The translations under genes were made by a program, and so were the position numbers. The notes under the pieces were generated by a model, which made no database searches, was not told the origin of the DNA, and saw only the letters and a list, made by a program, of their open reading frames with translations. From positions 81,298,132 through 81,362,131 of the forward strand of contig NC_068983.1 of the NCBI RefSeq assembly GCF_001194135.2: a DNA stretch of 64,000 nucleotides, given 5' to 3'. Of the stretch, positions 13,073-26,941 are shown piece after piece (within the stretch, counting starts at the first letter, position 1; each line of letters starts with the position of its first letter). The stretch is from Octopus bimaculoides (lineage: Eukaryota).

Positions 13073-14278
13073 GCTTATATAAATGTTTATTAAGTAATTT
13101 TTTATTGAACACAAATTTATTGCATTACTTAAAGAAACGATATAATAAACTAATGAAAAAAATTGTAGAAGTTCTATGAAATAAAAAAGAAACTCAATTA
13201 AAAAATAGAAAACTCAAATAAAATACAAAAGAGTATTACTTCTGCCACACCCTGCATAGTAATTTTTTAATGTTTATGTAATATGTATTCCTTGTAAATG
13301 TGATATATACTTTTGTTCTTTTACACGTTTCAGTCATTGAACTGTTCCCATGCTGGGTCACAAGCACAAATGGCGTTTTTAATCTATTATCTGCTGAAAA
13401 ACACTTCAAGATTTTTCACAAGATATTCTGATGTTTAATTGTACAGAGCAAAATAGTTAATCATTAAAGTCACTAGAATGTAGGTGAATAGACAACTCTA
13501 TGATTGTTAGAATATATCTTGTAAGAATGAAAATAAAAAATGAGTAGATGAAGATGACCTTACAGTTTGCGATTCTTGCAATAGAAAAGGGACTGAAAAA
13601 AACAACTTCAAGTATTCATGATATAAAGAAAATATCAACCATGTCAGGGTTAGTGACAGGAAGGGCACCCAGCTGTAAAGCAATACTTCGAAAATATATT
13701 CTATTTAACCCCGGCTAGCATGGAGGAAAAGGATGAAAACAAATGAATACATATGAATATGTGAATGTATATATATGTTCGCATGCTTGTATAAATGTAA
13801 TGCAACAAAATGTTCTATAATAAATATAAAATAATGTGTTGATATATAAATTCACTACATCACACTTTATTTGCAGATTATCAAAATATTTAGCAAAATT
13901 AAGAATGTAACATCTTATATAACTTTGAGTAATAGAAGAAAGATAGAGATTTTATCAATTTGACCTAGCATAAAAGACACATATATATGTACATACCATA
14001 ACAAAGGAATCACAAATAAACATCTCAATTATCACGGTAACTCCACTCCTCTCTCTCTCTCTCTCTCTCTCTCCCTTTCTCCCTCTCTCATACTTTCTCT
14101 GTTTTATTCATATAGTTGACTGAGTCAATAATTTGACTATGAAATTTAAATATACATTATAATGGTGTATAAACCTCTAAACTATGATGATATTACTTGA
14201 AACTGTACCGAACAAAAAACATAACTAATAAAATACTTAAACTACAGAGAAAGTAAAGAGAAAATAGTGATACAATAG

Positions 14279-14866
14279 GCACATGTGTGGCTGTGTGGTA
14301 AGAAGTTTGCTTCCCGACCACATGGATTTGGGTTCAGTCCCACAATGTGGCACCTTGGGCAAGTGTTTTCTACTATAGCCTTGGGCTAACCAAAACCTTG
14401 TGAGTGGATTTGGTTGATGGAAACTGAAAGAAGCGCTTCATATATATATAAATTAAAAAGGGTGGCTCAATAGCAATTAGAATCTAGAGGCAAAATTAAT
14501 AGAGGTCACTAAAATGACAGAGGGTGTTGATTAGCATCGCTTTTGCTAAAGATATGAGTTAAACTAACTCAAATTTGCTGTTTATACTTTTGCTGTTTTG
14601 GAAATCACACATTTTCAATGTTTTTGTTTTTTTATAAGACTGACAGAGGTAGTCAAGTTTAACCCTAGGCATTAAAAGCCGATGAGGAGGATTGAGATGG
14701 TCAACATCAAAATTCAAAATCGCAATCTGGCTATATACACTGGGGACATACCCCCCTTTGTCAGTCACTTAAGACAGTGTGTTTGTGGCTTTGAGTTGGT
14801 TTAACCCTTGTCTTTAGCAAAAGCTGTGCTAGTTAGTACCCTGTGTCACTTTAGCGACCTCTATTA

Positions 14867-14934
<68 letters not shown>

Positions 14935-15150
14935 ATGCTTGTGTGTGTATTTGTACTCTCCCTCCACCACTTGACAACTGAAGTTGGTGTGTTTACATCT
15001 CCATAACTTAGTAGTTTGGTAAAAGAGACCAATAGAATAAGTACCATGCTTAAGAAGTAAGTGCTGGGGTCAATTCGTTCAACCTAAATTCTTCAGGGTG
15101 GGTCCCCAGCATGGCCACAGTCTTTTACTAAAAAAAGTAAAAAAAGAACA
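14279..15150 (+). mobile_element. SINE F1 split by a long-TIR element
   Basis: Head about 14279-14440, tail about 14950-15150, microsatellite on both sides of the insert. Confidence 0.8.
14500..14863. mobile_element. Non-autonomous DNA transposon, 364 bp, 74-bp TIRs, TAG...CTA ends, TTAA on both flanks
   Basis: 14500-14573 vs reverse complement of 14790-14863: 61/74 identical; TTAA at 14496-14499 and 14864-14867. Confidence 0.85.
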
Positions 15151-16560
15151 AAAAAAAGAAAAACTATAAAATGTAACCCTACTGACCTAAGCACACAATG
15201 TTTTAGTTGATATTCTCTTTGACTTACCACTTTTATTCTAAATCTTGATACTAAATATTTCATACTTCATTACAAAGTTAAATTACAATAGTACAGAAAA
15301 TATTTCTACAAACTGAATATATAATGACTATTAAAAATAAAAAAAATTACAAAAAAAAAAAGGAAGAAAATCAGTTTTTGAGTATTTAGACTTCAAACAT
15401 ACTCTACAGGTGACTAGTAACTTTTATTTGAAATAATACTAAAAAAAGCGATGATGATGATGATGATGATCGTGATGGTAGTGGTAGTGGTGATAATGAT
15501 TTCTAACATTGGCACAAGACCAGAAATTTTGCGGGAGGTTGTGTGTCTATTGAATTGACTCGCTGTTGTCAGAATGAAAGGCAAAAGCCAACTCTGATTA
15601 GCCTTTCAAGTGTAAATAATTTTTCAATCATTAACTCTTTATTTTTCGATGACATATGATGACAAAACCTGTCCTACTCTTAGTAAACCAAACTGTATTA
15701 AGATACGCATCTCACTTGATTACCAATTGTATATTAGCTTGAGTGATGAATTTTGACACTTTCACTAATTCTTCAGCAGCTTCAATGTATCTCAAAGAAA
15801 CAAATGTATCAAATGTGTCTTTGTGGTATAAATTTAAGTAAAGAAGTGATAGTGTTCTAAAAATAACCACCCACCAATAACTGTTTAATCAATATGGAAA
15901 GTTGAAAATTGTGTCTGTTTGGATGTCAACTAAACATTATTATAGAGCATTTGTAAAATAATGTAAGTTTGTGTTCTATGAGATGAGGTACAATGTTTCC
16001 AAAAAGGTTTTCTATGAACTTTATTTTAGTTTTTATTATAATTTATTTTTTCTGATTATTACATGGTAGTGAGTTGGGAGAGTCAATAGAGTGTTGGATA
16101 GAATGCTTCATGATATTTGAACCAACTCTTTGAGCTTTGAGTTCAAATTTTATTAAGGTCAACTTTGTCTTTCAGCCTTTCAGGGGTCAATAAAAAAGTA
16201 CCAGCCTAGGATTGGCAGAATTGTTAAAACACCAGACAGGATTCTTTCTAACTCTGTGTATTCTGAGTTCAAATGCCACCCTGTTACTGGAAAATGGCAA
16301 CTCTTCTGACAGGAGTTGTGACTAACAGGTGGTATCAGCAATTTGAAAAATCAATGGAACTGTACTCTCTTTGTTCAGTAAGAAAATCAACCACTAGCAC
16401 TGCTATATGGCAGCTTGATACCATTACTACAGTTTCCAGAGAAAATATATTTTAAAACACTTACTATTCATCATATGAAGTTATATCTGCAATAGTAACC
16501 AATTAATTTAGATAAATATTTAAAACATGGGAGGTAGTCTACAAATGAATGAGCTTTTAA

Positions 16561-16812
16561 TCCCTTTGTTACCATATTTTTTGCTAAAATATGCATTCTC
16601 CATTTCAATTAAGTTTGAAAATAATGAAAATTTAATAAAATAACTGTGTTATTATTAAGCTGATGTTTGGTGCATAAATCAACATGAAATTTTTAAGCAA
16701 GGTTTTAATTTGGATCACTTTATTTGTATTGTAGTACAATATAAATACAATATAAATAAAGTTTGTACTGTAGAATATGGGACAGTCTCAGGCAGGTCAG
16801 TACCAAAAAAAG
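16561..16812 (+). mobile_element. TTAA-flanked MITE family B (piggyBac-type ends), diverged
   Basis: TTAA at 16557-16560 and 16813-16816; left end TCCCTTTGTTACCATATTT and body match 61521-61742. Confidence 0.7.
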
Positions 16813-17199
16813 TTAAAGTGTTAATTTAGAAACTGTGGAAATGGAAACCCACATTTCAGTCAATTCTTTCTCTGTGTGAATGTGTGAGGGGATGAGATGG
16901 TGGTGTGGTGTATGCAAAAAAAAAAGGATAAAAAGAAAGAGAGATTAAGATGCCACCTTGATTATCACAGATGAAGTGAAATATCAGAGCGTAAGTAAAT
17001 TCAGTAAATACGAAAAGCTGTGAGTTTATCTGCAGATATCTTCTTTTGTGCACTTACAAAGCTGAGAATAAAAGAGAAAGCTCCCTGAAGGTAAACGAAG
17101 AATTTTCTTTTAACTTTTAGCAAAACTGCAAGCAGCATGACATTGTGATGAAAATGTTTCCAAGTTGTGAGAAAGAACAAGAACAACCAAAAGCCATGA

Positions 17200-17360
17200 T
17201 CTGTTCAGCTTGTGTCACACATGCTAGCAAGATGTGGCTATATTTACAAGAAAAACATTGCCCCNNNNNNNNNNAGAGACATATTTAGGCAAGCTGTAGG
17301 AGACCTCCCAAGGACTCAGTGGATGTTAAGAAAAGATGTTAAATCTCTACCAATTTTACA
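17200..17360 (+). mobile_element. Probable decayed RTE-type LINE ORF2 C-terminus
   Basis: HMLAR...KKNIA...AVGDLPRTQWM.RKDVKSL resembles the RTE pattern GHV.R...RPVGRP.TRW...V.KD; judged from memory and interrupted by a 10-N gap. Confidence 0.4.
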
Positions 17361-17764
17361 TGCCTTGGCAGTGACTCAACCATGTACAATAGATTCTTAT
17401 ATACTTCCAATTCTATTCATAAAAGTGCATTTAACCAAAGATTTGCAAAACTTTGATATAAATTTCTCAAAAACAATATCTTGGGAAGCAAATTTTTCAC
17501 TAAAATGTAGAGACAGCAAAAGAGGAATGTTTTCAAAAGTCTTTAAATTTACTGCACAAATTTCATTTGATTTTCTTATTTTACATTACCAACTTTATGA
17601 CGATGGATATAAGGATTGAATCAACAGTCATTATAGGAAATTCTAAACACTAGAGAATGTTCGAACATTTAAATTATAAGAATGCGCATAATTTTTTATA
17701 GCAATAATGGTTTTATTAATTAAAAACAAGATTTTTCAGAATTACCTATAAATAGTAATGGCGT

Positions 17765-17925
17765 CAAATTCTGGCACAAGGCCAGCAATTTTGGTAGAAG
17801 GGTTTGTGAATAATATTGACCCCTGTACTTGAGTGGGATTTGAATCAGATTGTAAAGAGCTGGAGGCAATGGCACTAAGCTTAAGTCTAATGCACTAATG
17901 ATTCTATCAGCTTGCCATCTGACCT
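17765..17925 (-). mobile_element. SINE F2 (diverged)
   Basis: GGCACAAGGCCAGCAATTTT...GGATTTGAATCAGA, reverse of F2. Confidence 0.65.
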
Positions 17926-18950
17926 ACAAGGTAATGATACTATATACCTAGAAATGTACACTCCGATTGTTTTTTTGTTGCTGCCTTTTCTCACAAACAA
18001 ACTTATACTTCTGATAAAGAACTCAAAAAGAAATTACAGAAAGGTGTATAATTATGTCTAGATCTAGATAAACAGAACTTCATATAAATCATGGAATCTT
18101 ACTTGATATTGTGAAAGAAATGCAGTAGTTACAATTTAACTTTCAGTAAATTCCAGAACAGCTGAGGCTATACAGACTTAACTAAACAGGTGTCTCAACT
18201 GATCTTCAAGTAATTAAAGGTATGGAACATTTCTCAAAGTGTGTTCATGTTAATTAATACAGAATTCTTTGAGCTTGAACTGAACAATATTGAAAGGTAA
18301 TTAATCAACTTTTGTTTCTGTTTTAGATCTAGAAATTCCAAGAAGTGCACAAATATCAGCAGTTATAGCTTTATTATAGAATATTTTAAATTCCAGTTGC
18401 TCAGCTATAATGTGAAAATGACTACTATTTTCCAGCTGAACAAAGAAATGTTTCTGAGAATTTGATGCAGTACCTCTTGAAAAACTTGTTCTAGGTACAT
18501 AGAGTTGTGGAGAAGGAGAAATGGGTAAAATGTTTTTATAAAGGTTGTGTAAGATGAGGCAGAAAGATGATGGTAGAAAGAAAAGAGATACATAGGCTGG
18601 ATTTAGTAGGTGACAATTTCAGAAGAGTAAAAACAACTGAAGAACCTCTAGAAAAAACAAAACAAAACACAAACTAATAAGGCAGTGGTTGTGGTTGTAG
18701 AGCATTGGCATGTGAAGGTTTGCCTTAAAATGGGAGCTGTTTTTTCTTCTATTTTTTCTTTTTATTGCAATCAAGAATGTGAATGCATGTAATGAGTGCA
18801 CCAAGCATGTTGTGTAAATGGTATTATCTCCCATCTAATATGAAAATAGATGCAATAGTTTCACTATTTGCATAACATTCAATAAGTAGCAACACTACAG
18901 AACCAAACACACACACAGACGCACATGCGCGTGCACACACACACACACAT

Positions 18951-18983
<33 letters not shown>

Positions 18984-19570
18984 TACATGCACATGCATAC
19001 ATACATACTCACAGATGCACATCCACCTCAACATCTGCTCCACAAAGACTGATTAAATCAACCATGCATGCATGAAAATAGACACATAAATATGCACACA
19101 CTGGCATTTACATGCACCACCTACCAAACCCGCCACACACACACACACACACACATATGTGCACAAATACATATTCATACATAAAAGTCTGAATAATTTC
19201 TATTCAATAAGGCATCAACTAAATCTTCAGTAGTTGACTGAACACACACGTACATATCGTAAACTATATAAACACACTTCAGTATCATTGATCTAAGATT
19301 TCAATAAGGTAGTTGGGCATATACTCAAAAAAACACACACTTACATATAATGTGCATGCGTGTGCATGTAAGTGTATGCATGTGTACATGCACACAACCA
19401 ACTCCATTCAATAAGAAACTGACTACATTTTCAAGATGATGAATTAATAAAAAGCTTCACAAGAATAAACTATTTTCCATAAGTTTTTGTATTCTTTCTT
19501 ATAATAGGATGACTCCTGAGACACAGAATTATAGACATCTGTATTGAGTCATTGAAGAAATGCTATCACT

Positions 19571-19621
<51 letters not shown>

Positions 19622-20351
19622 TATGTGTGTGTGTGTGTGTACATACATACATGTGCAAATGCATATATGTATGCAAGTTTATAATCGTTATCAAATTGTG
19701 TGACTGTTAAGAGTCACACAACTATAGGCAATCATAATGAGTGATCACAGAAATGCCCTTATGCATGTATGCTAGAAGCTAATGATCCAGGATTATTCTA
19801 ATCAATAAAATTAGTAGGTTCCAAATATGCTTAAGATATTTCGATTATCATCTTATTGTTATCAGTCGGTTATTATCTGAAAAGTTAGCTCCAAAAAAAT
19901 GATCACAATTCGTGACCTCTAGCAGGGTCATCTTAGAAATATTGTAGGCACCTAGGCAAATCAATGCACTGCTCTTTAGCGTATTTATTGACAACAAGCC
20001 TCTGTACACATAGATCAGAACGGTTCCCTAGACTGGTGGGGATCCTTGGCAACTGCCCTCTGTGTCCATGCCTTAAGACAGTGCTGGTTTCTTGTGCATG
20101 GGTGCTTGTCTGTGTGTGTACATGTATGTGTGTGTGAGTAAATTAACATCATTTTAAAACAAAAATCCAGGGAGATAAAAATAAAATATACACAAGCAAC
20201 CCTGGTGAATCATGATTTAACTTCAATAGGTGATGCGTGTGCATATGAATGGCAGTGTGCACAAATGTATGAGTGCATGAATATCTGAGGGTTTGTGTAC
20301 GTATGTTAGTCTTGGTGGATGCATATGAATATATATATATATATATATATA

Positions 20352-20894
20352 NNNNNNNNNNNNNNNNNNNNNNNNNNNNNNNNNNNNNNNNNNNNNNNNN
20401 NNNNNNNNNNNNNNNNNNNNNNNNNNNNNNNNNNNNNNNNNNNNNNNNNNNNNNNNNNNNNNNNNNNNNNNNNNNNNNNNNNNNNNNNNNNNNNNNNNNN
20501 NNNNNNNNNNNNNNNNNNNNNNNNNNNNNNNNNNNNNNNNNNNNNNNNNNNNNNNNNNNNNNNNNNNNNNNNNNNNNNNNNNNNNNNNNNNNNNNNNNNN
20601 NNNNNNNNNNNNNNNNNNNNNNNNNNNNNNNNNNNNNNNNNNNNNNNNNNNNNNNNNNNNNNNNNNNNNNNNNNNNNNNNNNNNNNNNNNNNNNNNNNNN
20701 NNNNNNNNNNNNNNNNNNNNNNNNNNNNNNNNNNNNNNNNNNNNNNNNNNNNNNNNNNNNNNNNNNNNNNNNNNNNNNNNNNNNNNNNNNNNNNNNNNNN
20801 NNNNNNNNNNNNNNNNNNNNNNNNNNNNNNNNNNNNNNNNNNNNNNNNNNNNNNNNNNNNNNNNNNNNNNNNNNNNNNNNNNNNNNNNNNNNNN
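20352..20894. other. Assembly gap (543 N) flanked by (TA)n
   Basis: Directly visible. Confidence 1.
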
Positions 20895-22011
20895 ATATAT
20901 ATTATACAGATCTTTTTTATTGTGTGTGTGTGTGTGAGTGATAGAGAGAGGGGGGTGGAGTGAGAGAGAGAGACAGACAAACAGAGAAAGTGTGCACATA
21001 GATTTCTGTGTTTCTATAGTGTTTGTGCACTGTCTACATATATATTTAGAGAGAGAAAGAGGAAGGGTGAGTATGGGTAAATGTGCATGTCGGACAAAAG
21101 CAATGCTTATCCACAAAGCTAATACACTTCCTTCACGTTCTTTTTCTTCTTTTTTATTCGTACATGGATAAGAGAATGAAGAAGTGGGAGGTGGGTGAGA
21201 GAGGAAGGAGGAGGAGATGGAGAGAAAAGAGTTAGACTGGAGTGGTGGGAGGGCGACTAACTTAACATTGAATTCATTTGCATTCAAAGTATATAATTCA
21301 TTTAGAAATAATAGATTTGATGTTGATGATGATTGCAAAGTGGAAAGGGTGGTGGTGATTGTGATGGTGGTGATTGTGGTGGTGGTGGTGGTGCTGGTAA
21401 ATATAGGTGACAGATTGGAAATGGAGTAGAGTAGATGAAGAGGATGAAGATGTTGGCATTGTTTGTATCTAGGGAAGTGGAGATTGTGGTAAGGGTAAGA
21501 GGAGGTGATGGAGGTCGCAGTTTGAGGCTGTAGAAAGGTTGGATATTGGGGATGTTTGTTGTGCTATGGTGACTAGCAGCTGAGCTGTGATGGTAGAAAA
21601 TATAACTGTAGCAACAGCAACACAGACTCTAATAGTAGTAGTAGTAGTAAAGAATGTAAGAAAGTAGCAAAGGTAAAAGTGATAGTAGTAGTAGTAGAGA
21701 AAGTACTTAGCATAAATATAATATAGTACCAGGAGAAAATGTACAAGAAATAGCAGAGGTAGAGGAGGTAGTTGGTGGTTAGAGAACCAGCATGAGTAAC
21801 ATTACTTCCACAACCTCCTCAGACATGTCTAATCATAGTCATTCTCTTTGATGACTGGTTCATTCAGTTTCTTTTTCATTAAAAATGGGTTTTCAAAAAA
21901 CTGATTTCCCCAAGAATAAAATGCTTGACTATAGAAATTTCCTTGTTGAAGGATGATTCAATGGCTTGCAGTGATGTATAACAGATGTAACTAAAGAAGT
22001 AATGATGACAA

Positions 22012-22093
22012 GAAGAAGAAGAAGAAGAAGAAGAAGAAGAAGAAGAAGAAGAAGAAGAAGAAGAAGAAGAAGAAGAAGAAGAAGAAGAAGAAG

Positions 22094-22151
<58 letters not shown>

Positions 22152-22152
22152 A
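22012..22152. repeat. Compound triplet repeat (GAA)28(CAA)9(CAG)9CAA
   Basis: Counted from the sequence. Confidence 0.95.
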
Positions 22153-23699
22153 TGAAAGTGATAATAAAAACAATAATATGACTGAAAGAGAGAGAGAGAC
22201 AGAGAGAGCTACAACCAGGACTGAACAAGGAAGATATAAAAGTTATGCAGCATTAAAGTGTTTATAATATCTTTTGTAATAGTGACACTGGGAAGAGTAC
22301 AGACATAAACAAAAAAGAATCTACAAAGACTCAAAAGGAAATATTGGTATTCAGTTCAAGATGATTGAAATTGCTGGAAACTATCATTATTAATACCATA
22401 AGAATCCTAAGAAAGATTTGAGAACTTTGAAAAGTATTGTTGATACAAATATTTATCAATAATACTATCTTGAAACTCCAAAACCTTTATGAAATTTTTG
22501 TTGGTGTTGATGATGATAATCCACAAAGTAGGGAATCTCATTCAGAGGTAAATATTTTAAGATCTCTGGCTTCACACTGTAATAGTTTATATACTTCTGT
22601 CTCATACAAGAATGCAGAATTTTATTAATCTAATTAATTATCACAATATTTCTCCCTACAAATTTTCAGGTCTTGGGTCAGTTTTTGGTCTTATGTTTAT
22701 ATTAGAAGAAACATCATGTTAAAGGAGGAAAATGTGGGAGCTATGGGCATTGCAGTATAAAGTTATGTCTTTTTGCTCTCTGTGTTCACATGCCATGGGA
22801 ATTTACTTTCTGAGGTTGATAACATAGGAGTCACTTAAATATCAGGGCTGATTTAATTAAACGTTTCCTCTAGAAGAATGTATGGCATTATGACTATATT
22901 AAAAAAGCATTTTGGTATTGATTGCAATATGATAAAATATACTTTTGCTCAGCATTAACAGAAGATTTTAATAGATTTCTTCCATTTAAAGAAGTAGAAT
23001 GAAGTGTTTTAGTCAAAGACAAGAAAAGACCAGAAAAAAGCTTAGAATACAACACTCTTTGCTAAAAATAAAATGGATCTCTTTACAACTTCAAAGTGTG
23101 CAGCAACAATATCCAAAATACATGATGTGCAGGAAAATGTGAGTTGTGGCATTTATGCTTTTCTGTTGAGACAGTATAAATGTTATGAACTATCTTAACA
23201 ATGTAAGCCAAAACTTCTCCAAGAGTCAAGACTAGAATATAGGATCAACTCACGGGGAATTTAACTTTTTTCTATGATACCCGTTTTCTCTACAGAACTC
23301 AACAGCCTAATAATAAGGAATTCTAACATAAAAACATGGTCATACAATTTGGAGAAGAGATTTTCTGATTCTGTTGACCTCTAATACTTAAAAAGTAATT
23401 ATTTCATTGACTTTTGAAAGATATAAGAAGTAACACTAACAGGAGTTTAATTAAAAACACATAACTAATGAATACAGGGCATTTTTTTCTGGCATTCAAC
23501 ACTCATTAAAGAATAAAATTTTGTAACAGTGGCACAAACCCACACATAAACAGGAGAAAGATATAAATGACTGAATCAACTGCGGGTATATTACTGATAC
23601 TTATTTATCCACCCCAGAGGGATGACAAAGAGAGAAAGTTAAATAGTATCATATTCCTAACCCGACTGTCTGCTTAACAATTGTTTTTTTTTTTTTTTA

Positions 23700-23905
23700 A
23701 TATAGGCACAAAGCCTGAAACTTGAGGAGATGGGGGGGGGGGGCTAGCTGATTAGATTACTTGGTTGGTACTTTATTTTATTGACCCTAGAGGAATGAAA
23801 AGCAAATTTGATCTTGACTTTGGAAGGATTTGAACACAGAACGTAAAATGCCAGAACAAATAGTACAAAGAATTTTGTTTTATGTTCTAACAATTCTGTT
23901 AATTG
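23700..23905 (-). mobile_element. SINE F2 with expanded G-run
   Basis: TATAGGCACAAAGCCTGAAA...TGGTACTTTATTTTATTGACCC...GGATTTGAACACAGAACG. Confidence 0.75.
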
Positions 23906-24276
23906 AGTACTGTCTTTTAATCATAGTACAAAGACACATTCCCTGGAAATAAATTCTAATAGAAAATTGTTGCCTATCTTCCTTTTTCTTTACTTTTTGA
24001 TTCCAATCAAAGGGTACTCAATTTTCACATTTGATATAACAAAAATTGAAGGAAAGGAGCAAATAGGTTATTTATTTAAGGATTATTGCAAGAAAACTTA
24101 TTATATAGGACACACTGTCAGATTTAAGGACAATTGGGAAGTGAAATTATGACATTCATGTCCTTCACAAAGGCATTGATGACATAAAAGTTAAAGGAGG
24201 TTAAACCTAAGAATAAAACAAACTTGATCACAGATATATCTCACCAGGAGTTTAGCCTTACTTTATCATAATCAAC

Positions 24277-24664
24277 AGTAGAGGTGCAATGGCCCAGTGG
24301 TTAGGGCAGTGGACTCGCAGTCATAGGACCGCGGTTTCGATTCCCAGACCAGGCATTGTGAGTGTTTATTGAGTGAAAACACCTAAAGCTCCATGAGGCT
24401 CTGGCAGGGGATGGTGGTGAACCCTGCTGTACTCTTCCACTACAACTTTCTCTCATTCTTACTTCCTGTTTCTGTTGTGCCTGTAATTCAAAGGGTCAGC
24501 CTTGTCACACTGTGTCACGCTGAATATCCCCGAGAACTACATAAAGAGTACACGTGTCTGTGGAGTGCTCAGCCACTTGCACGTTAATTTCACGAGCAGG
24601 CTGTTCTGTTGATCGGATCAAGTGGAACCTTTGACGTCGTAAGCGATGGAGTGCCAACAACAAA
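24277..24664 (+). mobile_element. SINE F3a, full length, tRNA-derived head, CAA tail, 12-bp TSD
   Basis: A box TGGCCCAGTGG, B-box-like GGTTTCGATTCC; TSD ATCATAATCAAC at 24265-24276 and 24665-24676. Confidence 0.95.
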
Positions 24665-26837
24665 ATCATAATCAACTAAAAAAATATTACATGCACTTTA
24701 ACTAAAAATGAATTTTAGTAACAAACTCAAAATATATGTTACATGCAGAAATATTTTAAGAAGTTGCTGCACTATATGAAAATTTGCAGTGTACATTGAC
24801 ACTAATTCATTCACTCCTCCTTAAGCCTTTGCTATAATTTTTCTTATATTTATTTTTTTATTTGTTTAATAGTTGTTTCATGTCCCACAAATACACATTC
24901 AGTTTTATCCTTATGGCTATGTCTGACAATTTCAAAGCAAAGCAAGAAATTAAAAAAAAAAAAATTTCAACAAAAGGAAAATAAACCAAACTCTCCCTCC
25001 CTCACCAAATAAACAAAAACATTAGGAATAGATATTCAATGAATGCAAACAAAACAAAAAAAAAAATGAAACAAATGCAAGCAAAATCTCTCAGATTCTA
25101 TATCATACAATGGATGAGTGATGAGTAGAGTGGATTACATGCTTAGTGTATAAATTGGAAGTATGACTGCTTTGCATAAGAGATTATGGGTTCTTCTCCC
25201 ACTGCAGGCAGTATAACAATCTACTCATGGCTTTCCTTCTATGCCACAGACTAACCAGCTGTAGAATAAGCACCAATTTTGCAATAGTCTAAAGTGAGAA
25301 TATCATACACAGAGTAAGAACAGAGGTCTTATCTCTCATTCATTTAAAACAACTTAAGGAATCCATAAACAATGATCCTGCAAACCATATTGTACTGTAT
25401 TGCTGCTTATTTGTATTTAATTTTTATTGGGGGAAAGAGAGAGAGAGAGAGAGAAATAGAGACTGACTCACTGCAGAAGAATCTCTCCATGTAATGAAGA
25501 TATTTAACTAGATTGCAGTTGCAAAATAAAAATGAATGACTATATGCAACCTGCAGTAGTTAGTTAATACTTACAAAATTAGATGTGGTAACATAAGAAT
25601 GATGACTGTTTTTCATGCTGATGGCATCCTAACTAATTTGTCGGTAAATTATTGTCTAAAATATGGTGTCACACCTATGCATATATAATCTTGTACATCT
25701 AACTTAGTGAGTTTTACATCACAACTTTGACAAGTACAGTGAAGTCATTGCTTCTGTAACAACGTTTAACAATACCAAAACATGTTCAGAGTTGTCTTCC
25801 ATACATGCCAAACTGATTAAAGTAACATAAATACTCAGCTAACGATGTTCCCAATTAGTTTTCTTTTTAATGCTTGTTATTAGGAAACACTAACATGGAT
25901 ACTTGCTCTGCTTAAATGAAAAACCAACCATAGAACCCTCTCTGACATGCAAGTGCATTTAGCTATGTAAAGTATGTAACGACAACGAAATAGTAACACG
26001 ACTCAATTTGTAGATGTAGTTTGATTTCTGGGCATTACACTCTTTGTGCAAGACAAATACAAGCAAAGCTACAGTAGACTGACTCAGCTATAGTTATTTA
26101 ATGACATACATTCTAAACCACTCCTAAGAGATAATAGCAAAAACACAAGACATTATAAAGCAACCAACGCAACTCTAAACACCATTCCAACTCTGCTCGT
26201 TTGATAGCTGACAAATAAAAACTCATTAATAAATATTAATGAACTTTTTTTCACGTGTCTGCCATCCAATCAATAATTAAAATGGTTATTGCCACCTTTC
26301 TCAATATTATATACTGTGTAGAGATCTGCTTTGGATAACATATCTATAAATGTAATTCATTGGCAGTGTGTAATCTCTCACACTATCTGAATCCATCTAT
26401 TGATGTGTGTATGTATGTGTGTGTGTGTGTGTGAGTGCTCACACATGCCTGTATGCATGTACATAGGAATGGAGTAGAGGGAGAGAGTGAGAAGAAGGAA
26501 AGGGAGCAGAAAAATTTTCTCTAAGTCTAAAAAAAAAAATTGTCTTTTAATGTTAACATTAAGTGAGAACTAAGCTAAATTATGGAGAAAAATAAAAATC
26601 ATCCAAGTGACAAAATGCATATATGTATGCATGTGTGATGTAAAAGTATGTGCACACATACACACATAAGCACAAACAAATTGGAAATAAAGAAACAAAG
26701 AGAAACTGTAATATAAATTAATAGATATACAAGCATCTAACTTTTACATCAGTATCTATTAAATGTATCAGTAATTAGAGGCAAATAGACAGACAGAAAC
26801 TTACACACACACACACACACATAATAACAACAACGAC

Positions 26838-26871
26838 TATAATAATAATAATGATACTAATAATAATAATG

Positions 26872-26937
<66 letters not shown>
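26838..26937. repeat. (TAA)n microsatellite
   Basis: Directly visible. Confidence 0.95.

Positions 26938-26941
<4 letters not shown>

Noticed and set aside
15725-15790. Hammerhead-like CTGAAGA...GAAA pattern on the minus strand; similar pattern antisense to F4 at 59.0 kb
   Set aside because: Helix I/II pairing is absent or broken, or no cleavage triplet is present
19923-20086. Possible hAT-type MITE (CAGGGTCATCTTAG...CCTTAAGACAGTGCTG)
   Set aside because: Ends are degenerate, with no TSD and no second copy in the window
20223-21338. Long ORFs at 20.2, 34.9, 40.4 and 47.3 kb
   Set aside because: Open only because they cross N-gaps
21929-22228. Homopolymeric ORFs (poly-L/V/A, poly-I, HT/VC/YI repeats) throughout the window
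   Set aside because: Microsatellite translations
24277-24355. tRNA-like sequences, also at 43520-43597 and 53903-53975
   Set aside because: They run directly into SINE bodies bounded by TSDs, so they are SINE heads rather than tRNA genes
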